Shown: piece by piece, positions 38,421 to 49,629 of the stretch
How positions within the stretch are numbered: the stretch's first letter is position 1
Layout of the letters: the number at the start of each line of letters is the position of its first letter
Origin: Podarcis bocagei
Taxonomy: Eukaryota
DNA: 64,000 nt
Strand: one strand, 5' to 3'
NCBI GenBank assembly: GCA_964188305.1
Contig: OZ076890.1
Made by a program: the position numbers and the translations under genes
Notes under the pieces: model-generated
Seen by the model: the letters and a program-made list of their open reading frames with translations, nothing else
Database searches by the model: none
What the model was told of the DNA's origin: nothing

Positions 38421-39005
38421 GTGAGTTGTGACTGACTTACGAAGGAAGAGAAACTGGAGTTGGTGTCTGCTTTATATCTCACTTACCTTCTAGTCAGTTT
38501 TTACCCCTCCCTACACCTTCTGACTGTGCCTTTGGGGCTGATCTGTACAATCATTTTTCTGAGTTCTCTTAAGGGCTATGGCTTTCTGTATAGTAGACAT
38601 AGTCTTGCATGACTCCACATTTTGGTCCTTACCCAGGAGCAATTTATTGACTGTTCTGTAACTTTCTTGAAGCACTAAAAATATACCTGTGAAAGAAATA
38701 TCTGAAAGCTGGGAAGTGCTTGGAGGATGAGTGAATCCCTTATTTTAATAATAAAACCAAATGATGTCCTAATTATCATACCAGGTTTGCCATGAGAATT
38801 AAAGCTGATTTTTTTTTTTACTCAATCTTTTTTGTTCCATTTTTCCAACCACTCACCATTTTCTTTCTCTCAATCTTAGCTGGAAACTTCTTCTGCTCGT
38901 CTTATTATTACTCAATAATGTTCCTTTTGTGTTTACAGTATGCTAGAAATTGTATAATACGGATGTTCCCTGCCTTAGGAATCTCTTGCTCCTTTATCTT
39001 AACAG

Positions 39006-39149
39006 ATAACTATCTGATCATGCCATCTGGGAATCTTCAGATAGTCAATGCAAGCCAAGACGATGAGGGAACTTACAAATGTGCGGCCTACAACCCTATC
39101 ACCCAGGAAGTAAAAACATCTGTGTCTAGCGAGAAACTCCGTGTGAGAC
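39006..39149 (+). CDS. BOC: BOC coding exon 4, Ig2 C-half
   Basis: taacag|AT; DNYLIMPSGNLQIVNASQDDEGTYKCAAYNPITQEVKT...LRVR; C|gtaagt; 144 nt. Confidence 0.96.
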
Positions 39150-39568
39150 GTAAGTCACTTCTTCCAAATATTTGGGTTCACTGGCTTCAGGCTGTCTTAA
39201 GGTAGTAGTCTCATTTTGCAGGTGCCACCAAATGCAGTCCTTTTAAGCTGCATGTTTTACACAAGCCCTTCATATTTGAGAGCTTGCTTTCTATTCAGGA
39301 GTGTTAAATTCAAAGTATCCTCTTGCAGTGCAGGTAGCAGAAGCTTATCTCACAAGCATAAGGCTTCATTGTACATTTTCTGTTGCTTTTGGTATTATAT
39401 ATGGAGTGATGAAGTTGTTGATGGCAGAGTTGGTGAAATTCCAGTTGGTGAAACTTCCTGTTTAGTGGCTTTTTTGCCCCAATAGGCTTTTCTGCTTACA
39501 TAGGGCATCTTGTCCTGTTCTACAAGACTGTCTTACTTTTGTTTCACTGATTTCTCTCTTGGCACTAG

Positions 39569-39862
39569 GCTCCACAGCTGAGGCAGCTCGCATAATTTAT
39601 CCCCCAGAGGCTCAGACCATCATTGTCACTAAGGGCCAAACTCTAATCCTTGAATGCGTGGCTAGTGGGATTCCACCTCCACGTGTCACGTGGGCTAAGG
39701 ATGGCTCCAACGTCTCTGGCTACAACAAGACTCGATTCCTTCTCAGCAATCTCCTAATTGATGCAATCAGTGAGGAAGACTCGGGGACCTACAGCTGTAT
39801 GGCTGACAATGGCATGGGTGAGGCTGCAGCAGCATTCATTCTCTACAATGTTCAAGTGTTTG
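39569..39862 (+). CDS. BOC: BOC coding exon 5, Ig3
   Basis: cactag|GC; STAEAARIIYPPEAQ...LECVASGIPPPRVTW...YNVQVF; G|gtgagt; 294 nt. Confidence 0.97.
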
Positions 39863-40629
39863 GTGAGTATAACTTCATTTTCCTCCCTCTTCTCTCCTGT
39901 TAGACCCAGCAGCTGTAACCATGGTCTGGAGACTGCTCACATGGTCATATATTTCAGAACTGCTTTTGAGGTGAAATTTAATGCTCACAAGCAAAATTCC
40001 TCCAGCTTAGATTTCACTCAGGGGCCTAACTCCTAATAACTGCCTAAGTAAGCTTTGAGGGCAGAGCCAAAGCTTTGACTTTCCAAAAAAGAGCCAGAGG
40101 ATTAAAACTGAGTTATTTATTGAGGCACAGTAATTCTAGGCGCACACACATAAATATAATCAAAAGACAGAAAATTGTATTCAGTAACTAAAAATGTTCT
40201 AAGCTAGATGGAATGTGCTGTGAAAAGCAGTCATGTGCTTTTAGCTGAACTGTAATTTAAAGATCCTTGGGTGAATTTGGTCCTTTGAGTCTCTCACAAA
40301 GAAATGAAAGAGATATCAACATATAGTATGCCAAGCTTAATGATCAAGCAAAAAGACAGAGGCATTTCCTTTTTAAAGGAAATAAATGTCTGGGCTATAA
40401 GCTAATGCAGGCTAAGTAATCCCTGGCCAATCAAGAAGGCTGCTTCATTTACCTGCATAATAAGCCCAATTTGATAGGATTACCTGGTGTACATGCATAT
40501 AAAAGAAATACACAAAACAGGCAATTGTTCTTGAAGGAGTTGATTTACAAAATTCTTGGAAGAGATTTAATTAATGGAGAGGTCCATTAGTTTTCTGGTC
40601 TAGAGCCTGTGGTTGTAGAAGACCATAGT

Positions 40630-40738
40630 GACTGCCCATCTGTCATGGATGCTTTAGCTGAGATTCCTGCACTGCAGGGGGTTGGACTAGATGACCCTTG
40701 GGTCCCTTCCAACTCGTAAGATTTTATTATTCTATGAT
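40630..40738 (+). mobile_element. CR1 LINE 3' end
   Basis: GGGTTGGACTAGATGACCCTTGGGTCCCTTCCAACTC...ATTCTATGAT. Confidence 0.85.
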
Positions 40739-40951
40739 CTCCGAAAGATTACTTTTGAAATACGTGAAGGATCTACTTATAGGACACTAAATGGCTGTGC
40801 ACAAGAATAAATGGGTGTGGGTATTGCTGTCTTCATAATCCCGTTTATAACACAGCAACGTAGGAGGATAGCTACAAATATTTCAGTTCTGCCTGTTTCA
40901 GAGGTGAATGGTCGTTCTCACACCTGAATTGTAACTCTGTTTCCTTTTCAG

Positions 40952-41224
40952 AACCCCCGGAGGTTGTCATGGAACTATCTCAGCAGATCATCTCATGGGG
41001 TCAAAGTGCAAAGTTCACCTGCAAGGTTCGGGGGAACCCCCAGCCATCAGTTGTGTGGCTGCGTAATGCAGTTCCTCTCTTCTCCAGCCACCGAATGCAA
41101 CTCTCTCGCAAGGCCCTACGTGTCTCCAGTGTGGGGCCTGAGGATGAAGGGATATATCAGTGCATGGCAGAGAATGAAGTTGGGAGTGCACAGGCTATGG
41201 TTCAGCTGAAGACTACTGGGCCTG
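40952..41224 (+). CDS. BOC: BOC coding exon 6, Ig4
   Basis: ttttcag|AA; EPPEVVMELSQ...CKVRGNPQP...DEGIYQCMAENEVGSAQA; G|gtaagt; 273 nt. Confidence 0.97.
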
Positions 41225-41308
41225 GTAAGTCCAAAGTGAAGTTCAAAAGGTTCATATAGGGATAATGAAATAAGAATTGTAAAGCACTTTGAACAGCAAA
41301 AATAAGTA

Positions 41309-41420
41309 TAATAATAATAATGTTGTTGTTGTTGTTGTTTATACCCCACCCATCTGGCTGGGTTTCCCCAGCCACTCTGGGTGGCTCCCAACTGAATATT
41401 AAAAACACAATACAGCATTA
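41309..41420 (-). mobile_element. L2-type LINE 3' tail (inverse of 23960-24113)
   Basis: tttataccccaccatctggctgggtttccccagccactctgggtggct. Confidence 0.75.
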
Positions 41421-41974
41421 AATTAGGGGTGTATCTGTTTACACATGGGGCTGCTCATTCTCTGTTTATACCAAGTCAAGCAACTCAAGTTAGTTTCTGA
41501 TCTGGAAAGGAACTTCCTGAGATTCCTACTTCTCAGATGTGTGGCTTTCAGAGTATTGGAGAAATGAACCTGAACACATGCAGGTTGTATCTTGAGTGGG
41601 TCCCTCAGTACTTAGGGGGGAAGTTGCTTTCCCTGCATAGTTCTGTTTCATGGACTGAGCTTCTTAAATTCTTTATCTGTCCATTTGCATAGGTATTAAG
41701 TGTCTGAATTACCCTCCACACTTCAGCTGCAATAGCAACACTAAAAGCAGCTTACAAAAATCAAAATGACAAAATATTTGTAAAAATTCAGTGCTGAAGT
41801 GATAAAATAGGTGATTGTGACAAACATGACAGCTGTCTCTTTTCTGACACCACTCTTTCTCTGCCAAAATAAAACTGCACAAATTAAAATTCTCCAACTA
41901 GAACATAATTTGTAAAGGGACAGAGTCAGATGTACCTGGAATTTAATGAATGAATAGTTAACTTGCATACACAC

Positions 41975-42016
41975 ATACATACATACATACATACATACAT
42001 ACATACATACATACAT
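41975..42016. repeat. (ATAC)n microsatellite
   Basis: Direct reading; sits at the tail of the 42020-42345 LINE-like fragment. Confidence 0.95.
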
Positions 42017-42649
42017 AACTTTATTTGTATGCCACTCTTCCACAGTTCAAACCATGCTCAAGGCGGGTTACAACCTGAACAAAATATAAAACTACAACAT
42101 AAACAATAAAAAATTAAACAGACAGAACCAAACTGAACAGTTTCCACAGAAATTACAAGAAGATCTAAAACAAAAATACAAAAAACCAACAGCAACAATT
42201 CCTCCCAAAATAAACCCCCCTAAACAGTGCCCCAGCCCAAGAGCTTTTGTAGCTGGAGTCAGTCTGGGCCCCACCCTCCCAGGCCAAGTGGGAAAAGGCC
42301 TGCAAGGCAGGGAGCAGGTCTTCCAGGGCTCATAGCCAAGATGCTCTCATTGGTGTCACTGAGACAGCATTTGGATTTTGTGTAGACAAGAGTAGGCTGA
42401 TGCCTAGTGCACCAAGATCCCAGGTGCTTAGAATTTCCCCTCTGGCTACCTAAAGCACACTTTCCATCTTCTAAAGAAGCCAAAAGCCTATGGAAAAATT
42501 AGGCTTGTTAAGGAAGAAGCCTAAAGCCAACTGAAGACTCATGTAGTAGTTTATAGCCATGGGAGACACAATGCAGGAATGGAAACTTAGCCAACTTGAT
42601 GGGTGTTATTCTATTGCATTGCTAAGAAAACCCTAATAAGCTAGATAGA

Positions 42650-42650
<1 letters not shown>

Positions 42651-42690
<40 letters not shown>
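42651..42690. repeat. (AC)20 microsatellite
   Basis: Direct reading. Confidence 0.95.
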
Positions 42691-42692
<2 letters not shown>

Positions 42693-42788
42693 TCACCTTT
42701 TCCTGATAGTTGGGAGTCAGTGGGTATCAGTTTTAAGACATGTGTTAGTGCTCCAGCATTTGTTCAAAACATCTCTCTTGCCTTCTAG

Positions 42789-43087
42789 GAACAACTCTGA
42801 AGCCACAGCAAGGTTCTGTTGCCGATTCACCTCAGTCTGCCTTGTCACCTACCCTGCTTAGCAACAGTGAAAAAATGCTGAAAGACAAAGCAAACTTCCT
42901 AAGACCCAGGCCCACGACACCATCCGTGCCTGTTCAATGTACTACCAAAGCGTTGGTGTCTCCAGCTGAGGCCCCAGTCATCCTTAGCTCTCCCCGGACT
43001 ACTAAAACGGATTCATACGAGCTGTTGTGGAAACCACGGCATGATGGCAAAGCCCCAGTCCTCTACTATGTTGTAAAACATCGCAAG
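42789..43087 (+). CDS. BOC: BOC coding exon 7, linker + start of FN3-1
   Basis: ttctag|GA; ...PAEAPVILSSPRTTKTDSYELLWKPRH...LYYVVKHRK|gttagc; 299 nt. Confidence 0.94.
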
Positions 43088-44545
43088 GTTAGCACATTCC
43101 TTTTTAATTGATTTCTGATAATGATGCTGAATTACAGTTTCTCTGGAAAGCTCTGTATAGCTTTTCTTGCCAGTTTAGGTAGCAGCAGCCCATCTTTTGG
43201 ATGGACAGGATATTTGTCCTGTGTGTGGTCTCTGAATTTCAGTGAGTGATAGCAGCATAAGGAACAGGCATAAGGAAGTGGGTGCTTTGGTGCAAGTTTG
43301 CGATCAGCATGGGAGAGAGAACTGCAGAGATGTATGTATCAGTGAACAGGAGCAAACCCAGGATGTACATAACCCTGGGATTATGAATATACTTTACTTA
43401 GTCTGGGGCATTTCTTCCCTCTCCCACTACCATCCCTCCTCTTTTGATGAACTTATCCTTACCATAAGACAGATTCCAGTCAAGTAATGATTCCAGACCA
43501 TCATGGTATCTTAGCTTGCTGCATGTACCTTCCTTGCTTTGTTCATTGGTTGTGGTCTCTCATTTTTCAGTCGCTTCACCTGGAAGGCTCTTGGGTCAAA
43601 GGGAGTCACCATGGGTCACTGCACTTAGGACAAATATGTTTCCAGCACAGAGCAAATTCTCAGCTGGAGATTCTTTCTTGTATCTTAAAGGTCTTTACAG
43701 AAGGAAACTGTTCTTGTTAACCCTGCTATCACTTTCATTTGCCTGGCTGGTAACCAGACAGACACCCTGAAATGGGCTTTATGTAAAGGAGAAGCTGGGT
43801 TTAGCCAAATTCTGAATAAACATGATTATATCGTAGCTCATTTCAATAAATCTATTCCGACATGTGTTTACTTGAGGTGTAAGTGCATTTCAGAGAGTTT
43901 TATCCAGCTAAGTCATACTCACATATGACTTATGGAAAACAATGGAGAGGACTAAGTAATGTTAATTTATTTCAGTGGATGTATTCTGCATTGGATACCA
44001 TCCAGTTTATGGAGTGCCCGTGTGTACTACATGTGCTAACCAAATAACCTGGACTGCTTAGAAATCTTTTAACTAAAGATAGCACTGAAAACTCGATAAC
44101 CCTGTGCAGCTTTGTTCAATACATCCACAGCACAAATTATAACACTGTGATTGCATAGCCCTTGGGAGATGGGAATAGTGATGAATGGAGAAGTGGTACC
44201 TACCTCATATGTCAATTGATTGAGGCAATTAGTAGCAGTGGGTATCAAATACTAGAATTCAGTCATTTGTCAGTAGACAAGTAGTTCTGCTCATTTCAGG
44301 TTGCAGGTTTGTCTGCAACTATCTGTGATAAATATGGCATGGTCTCCTTTTCCTATTGGAGGCAAAATAGGATGTTCTGTTTTCTTTTTTAGGACAAAAT
44401 TGTAGGGTTGTTTCCAATTCAAAGAAGGCACTGTAGCCTATAAGTGCCTTTCACCAGTGGAATGTGAGGATGATAGTTTTCAGTGATTCCTCATCCTTTT
44501 CCAGTCCCCTGTGCCCCCCCAATCTGCTCCAGACAAAGGGGGGTA

Positions 44546-45238
44546 CTGTATTTTTTGCCCTATAGGACGCACCGGCCCATAGGACGCACCTAGATTGGGG
44601 GGGGGAATAAAGGGGGAAAATTATTTTCCCCTCCAGGCGCGGGGCTGGGGGAGGGGGAAGCCTGAGCTTCCCCCTCTCCCAGCCCCCAGAACGGGACCCA
44701 GAGCCATGCCGAAGCTATGTGCAGCTTCGGCATCGCTCTGGGAGCTTGCGGGGCTGTGGGAGGGGGAAGCCCTCCACCAGCCTCCAAACCGGGTCGGGAG
44801 ACAGCGGGATGGCGTGCTGCACTCTCCCGCTGTCCCCCGAGTTTGCGGGGCTGGCGACGGGGAGGAGCAGGCTTTTCCCCCCGCCAGCCTTCTAACCAAG
44901 TCGGGGGACAGCAGGAAAGGCGCACTGCGCTTCTCCCGCTGTCCCCTGAGCTTGCGGGGCTGGTGACGGGGAGGAGCAGGCTTCTCCCCCCCGCCAGCCT
45001 TCTAACAAAGTCGGGGGACAGCGGGATGGCGGCGTTCCGCCTCCTTGCTGTCCCCCGACCTTGTGGGGCTGGCGGTGGTGCTCTCCTGAAGCCTGGAAAG
45101 CGAGAGGGGTCGGTGCGCACCGACCCCTCTCGCTCTCCAGGCTTCAGCGAAAGCCTGCATTCACCCCATAGGACACACACACATTTCCCCTTCATTTTTG
45201 GAGGGGGGAAAGTGCGTCCTATTGGGCGAAAAATACGG
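44546..45238. mobile_element. Tc1/mariner-superfamily non-autonomous element with internal ~108-bp GC-rich tandem repeat
   Basis: TA|CTGTATTTTTTGCCCTATAGGACGCAC ... GTGCGTCCTATTGGGCGAAAAATACGG|TA; units start near 44793, 44900, 45010. Confidence 0.88.
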
Positions 45239-46109
45239 TATTTGTAAAAAAATGCCTCCCTCTTTGTCACATTCACGGAAACTTTCACTGGAGCTAAGCG
45301 CCTGCAGTGAGTGGACGGACACAGTTGGATCCAACCTGTAACTGTTTGGTAAATGCACAGATGCACAACCTGTGTAGCTTGCAGCTGCTAAATAGACATT
45401 GGAGTTCTCTCCCTTAAGGGTGTTGATCCCCCTTCCCCAATTCTTGATGATACAGCTCTGCAGCTGACTTTTCTTTCATTGTCATATGGATATTTTTGGA
45501 CTGGGAAATAGCTAATAATCTTCATCTTCTTCTACTCAGATAGAAGGGCTGTAGTTCAGTAATCAAGTACTTGTATTGCATGCAAAAGGTTCCAGGTTCT
45601 GTAGTTCCCAGAATCTCCTGGTAGGAGAGAGCCATTGCCAACCAGTGTAAACCGTTATGAGCTAGATAACAGGCAGCTTCCTGTGTTACTTTATTCCTAT
45701 GTTATCTCATACCAGTTTGCCAGTGATTATTTTATATATGCAGCAATGTTTAAACAATTTTATTTTATAATTCTCAATTGCTATTAGCAGGACTTTCTGC
45801 TACAACATGGAATTGTAAAGGGGTTCCTCTGAGTGGCATCAATTTAATAAGATCATGCTGCAAAATAGCTTAATGCTTCTTAGAATTTCCTTGTCATAGC
45901 TGTTGATTTCCTTGTCTTGCTGTTGTCATTACTACTCAAATCCAAACTGCTCTTGTCAGTATGCATGACACTTTGCAGCATACAAGCCAATCTAAAATTT
46001 ACACTGGGGAAAACATAAAGGAAGGGGAGGAAAGGAGAGGTGGGTTAAAAAAAATGAAGCAATAATGCACTTGTTTCAGTTGCATTTCCTTAGGCTTCAT
46101 TTCTGCTTG

Positions 46110-46507
46110 TGCTGTAGTGAGGAGCAGATGGGGCTTACTAGCCTGGAAAAGTAGCCCATCTAAGAGAAGGAAAACTCTGATCCTAAACCTCTGCTGCCTT
46201 GTGGGATATCTTTGGGAGAAAACGGTTAAGGAGTAGACCGAACAAAAATCCAGAGTGGAGTCCCTAACACGGTTGGGTGGCGCCTTGTACGCCTCCTTCC
46301 GACAACTCCTGGTGCCAAGCATATTGCTCTGCTTTCCTTTGGACCACATCAGCAAGGCTGAGAGAGCAGGGGTCTTGTCATCTGGACAGCCCAGGACCTC
46401 CGTACTTGCTTGTGCCCTGGGGAGTTCACTTTGGTGCTGCTAGCACAGCAGTTTGACTTCATCCCTGCACTCTATTGTCTCTCAAGACAGACAGATGCCA
46501 GCAACAA
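46110..46507 (+). mobile_element. Probable RTE-clade non-autonomous retroposon (5'UTR-like head + short tail)
   Basis: GCCCATCTAAGAGAAGGAAAACTCTGATCCTAAACCT resembles RTE 5'UTRs; ends GACAGACAGATGCCAGCAACAA in a CAA-type tail. Confidence 0.55.
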
Positions 46508-46618
46508 GTTTATTTAGATCTTGATTTGGCTAAAAATGCTCAATAACCCTTTTATCCATAATAAGGTGAAGGCAATTGAATCCATTCATATGTGTGCTTG
46601 TTCCTTGTCCTTCAACAG

Positions 46619-46778
46619 GTAATGAATTCTTCAGACAGCTGGACAGTCAGGGATGTCCCTGCCAACCAGCATCATCTGACTCTAATAAAACTGGACCCAG
46701 GAAGTTTGTATGAGGTGGAGATGTCTGCCTACAACTGTGCTGGAGAGGGGCAGACAGCAATGGTGACCTTCAGGACCG
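46619..46778 (+). CDS. BOC: BOC coding exon 8, FN3-1 C-half
   Basis: caacag|GTA; VMNSSDSWT...LDPGSLYEVEMSAYNCAGEGQTAMVTFRT; G|gtaaag; 160 nt. Confidence 0.95.
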
Positions 46779-47004
46779 GTAAAGATGTAGTACTTTTCCA
46801 TGAGTTGTAAATTCTCTCCTTGTCCTGATGCTGAAGGCTTTGTCATTTAGAAACTTGCTTTTAATAATAATAATAATGTTAATAAGACGCAGTTACATCC
46901 ATGGAATGTAAGCCGCCACAGAATGTTGGTGAAGTTTATCATTCAGAGCAATAAGACACTAAAAGTTTATCTCATGCCATCTTTGCTATTTTTGTCTTGC
47001 TTAG

Positions 47005-47115
47005 GACGTCGGCCCAAACCAGATATCATAGCCAGCAAAGAGCAGCAGATTCAGAAGGATGACCCTGGCACCAGCTCTCGGAGCAGCAACCAATCCGACA
47101 ACACTCGCCTGTCCC
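47005..47115 (+). CDS. BOC: BOC coding exon 9
   Basis: gcttag|GA; GRRPKPDIIASKEQQIQKDDPG...RLS; C|gtaagg; 111 nt. Confidence 0.95.
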
Positions 47116-47370
47116 GTAAGGCCATTTTCAGACTTGTGGCAGAATGGGTTTTCTGGCTCTAGAAGTCTGATTATTCTTGGGGGAGAAGTCTGATTATTCT
47201 TGGTGGTGTGAATGAGAAAAAGACAAGCCTGGCACAAGCAACAGGAAGGGAGTTTGCTTATCTCTGCTGCTTCTGTCCAGTCCTTATTAGGCCATGTTGC
47301 TCTTCAAAGTCTGTTTTACTGGCAACAAGCACCTATCAGGCAAACGGTCTAGTAATATGATAGTGAGCGA

Positions 47371-47667
47371 ATCATAGAATCGTGGAATTGTAGAGTTGGA
47401 CGGGACCCTGAGGGTCATCTAGTACAATCCCCTGTAATGCAGGAATCTGAACTAAAGCATCCATGACAGATGGTCATCCGCCCTCTGCTTAGAAGCCTCT
47501 AAGGAAGGAGAGTCCACCACCTTCCAAGGGAGTCTGTTCCACTGTCAAACAGTTCTTACTGTCAGAAGGTTCTTCCTGATGTTTAGTCAGAATCTCCTTC
47601 CTTGTTATCTTGAAGCCATTGGTTCAGGTCCTGCTCTCCAGAGCAGGAGAAAACAAGCCTGCTCCAT
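47371..47667 (-). mobile_element. CR1 LINE 3' fragment
   Basis: ATCATAGAATC...AGAGTTGGA.GGGACC..AGGGTCATCTAGT.CAA.CCCCTG...GGAGAGTCCACCACCTTCC..GG.AGTCTGTTCCACTG: reverse CR1 terminus. Confidence 0.88.
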
Positions 47668-47785
47668 GCAACACTTCAACAAATAGTGATTTGATTATGA
47701 TTGTTGCGGTGGGAGGAGCCTTGAAAAAAACAGGCAATTTCAAGAGGACACTTTTTACCGAGTCCAACTAGTCCGTGTGTGCACC

Positions 47786-47852
47786 TTTATTATTACTATT
47801 TATTAAATTTATATACTGCTCTTCATCCAAGGATCATAGGGTGGTTTACAAT
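47786..47852 (-). mobile_element. L2 3' tail fragment
   Basis: ttattattactatttattaaatttatatactgctcttcatccaaggatca.agggtggtttacaa, inverse of tails at 52455 and 53357. Confidence 0.65.
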
Positions 47853-48025
47853 ATATAAAAAATATACCATGGTAGCAAGAACACCTTTTCTCTCCCCCTC
47901 TCCACTTGTCTTCTCCCTCTCTCTAGCACACTATTTCATCTTGCAAGGAAAGTTCACTACAGCCCAGCTTTCCCCATCTAAAACTGGTTGTATCTCTGCT
48001 ATTGTTATTCTTCTTTTCCTTACAG

Positions 48026-48232
48026 CTCCCGAGGCTCCAGATCGCCCCACCATCTCGATGGCATCTGAGACATCTGTCTATGTGACTTGGATCCCCCGTG
48101 GAAATGGAGGCTTCCCCATTCAGTCATTCCGAGTAGAATATAAGAAACTGAAGAAGATGGGGGACTGGGTGCTGGCCACAAGTGACATCCACCCTTCTCG
48201 TCTCTCTGTGGAAATTGCAGGGCTAGAGAAAG
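48026..48232 (+). CDS. BOC: BOC coding exon 10, FN3-2 N-part
   Basis: ttacag|CT; [10 protein letters not shown]...[23 protein letters not shown]...GLEK; G|gtagga; 207 nt. Confidence 0.97.
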
Positions 48233-48763
48233 GTAGGAGATCTTCTGTTCCCAGCATATAGGCTTCCTATGGTCCTTGGAAAGACTTAATAGTGACTTCA
48301 TATCTTGCCTGCTGCCACAGAAACCATTACCCACGCCAAAGAGAAAAGGTCATTTCAGAGTTGGCTAGTAATTCATGGTCCAGAGAAATGTGAAATTCTG
48401 CAGATGCTTTCTTTAATCCTGAAATTATTCTGCGGAGACCAAAAGCTTTGAATCACTGTATCCATGCCAAACTACATATTACCTGCAAATGTATCTAACG
48501 GCAGCCCAACAATTCTCTTTTTTCACACGGAAAGCTACCGCAGATGGGTCAGTTAGGAACAGAAACATGTGTGTGCATGTGAGCGGAAGCTTAACCCTTT
48601 CCCTGCTTGCTGTTTCCCCACTTCAAGTGGAACAGATTGCCTCAGCAGATGGTGGGCTCACTGCTGGAGGTATTTAAGTTGGAGCTGCCGGGGGGGGGGC
48701 AGTGTCCACAGAGATGCTGTAGTTGCAAGAGTCCTAGATTAAGCAGGGGATCCATCCCTAGTC

Positions 48764-48880
48764 CATGGGTGTAGCCAAAGGAGGGCAGGGAGGGGCAGCT
48801 GCCCCCCCAACCAAGTAAATCAATACGAAATAACTAACTGAGGTTCTTCCCCCCTAACATAAAGCCTGGCTACGCCCATG
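48764..48880. mobile_element. hAT MITE (117 bp)
   Basis: TIR CATGGGTGTAGCCA / TGGCTACGCCCATG; 8-bp TSD CCCTAGTC / CCCAAGTC. Confidence 0.82.
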
Positions 48881-49447
48881 CCCAAGTCTACAGTTTTATG
48901 GCTCTACAAAGTCACCCATGTCCCTAGTATCTTCCCTCACTGAAAGATTTCAAGCCTTTGTTTACCCTCACAAATACAATTTTGAAGAAATGGCAAGAAG
49001 AAAAATGGTTAATTGTGTGTGTCCTTGTATCCATTTCTCCAAACTTCCACCCTAAAGCAGCTTTTCATGCAAAGACAAAAGCCATAGACCAACTGTTCTT
49101 TAAACTTGTTGGCATGTAGCATGTACATTAGCACTCAGTCTCTTCTGTGCATCTGAAGTAAGGTAGCAAATGTGATCTCTTGACCATTCAGACCAGGTTA
49201 AAAAAACACCTGAACCTTTTAAAAAGCAGTCATTATCTGGGGCAGCAAGAAAGCCCTGCGATTAGACTTTTGCTGCTATTTTGTTTCTTAGTTCATAAGG
49301 TCAGGAAACACCAGCTCTGAAGTATGTCATTTTGCCACCTGCTAATGTGGAACGTCTGAGTTTTCAGGAAGCGCAGAACAAGGAAAATACCAAGGTCAGA
49401 GGTCTGCTCACTTTTCTCCTTCATTGTTTCTCCATTCCATATTCTAG

Positions 49448-49629
49448 GCACATCCTACAAATTTCGAGTGCGAGCATTGAACATACTGGGGGAGAGCGAG
49501 CCAAGTGCTCCATCTAAACCACATGTGGTATCAGGCTACAGCAACCGTGTATATGAGCGCCCTGTCACAGGGCCATACATCACCTTCACGGATGCCATCA
49601 ATGAGACCACCATCATGCTGAAGTGGATG
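49448..49629 (+). CDS. BOC: BOC coding exon 11, FN3-2 end / FN3-3 start
   Basis: ttctag|GC; TSYKFRVRALNILGESEPS...GPYITFTDAINETTIMLKWM|gtaagc; 182 nt. Confidence 0.97.

Noticed and set aside
44590-45366. Longest ORFs in the track (258, 176, 123 aa)
   Set aside because: They lie in a GC-rich tandem-repeat MITE, are open in several frames and have no domain signature: compositional artefact
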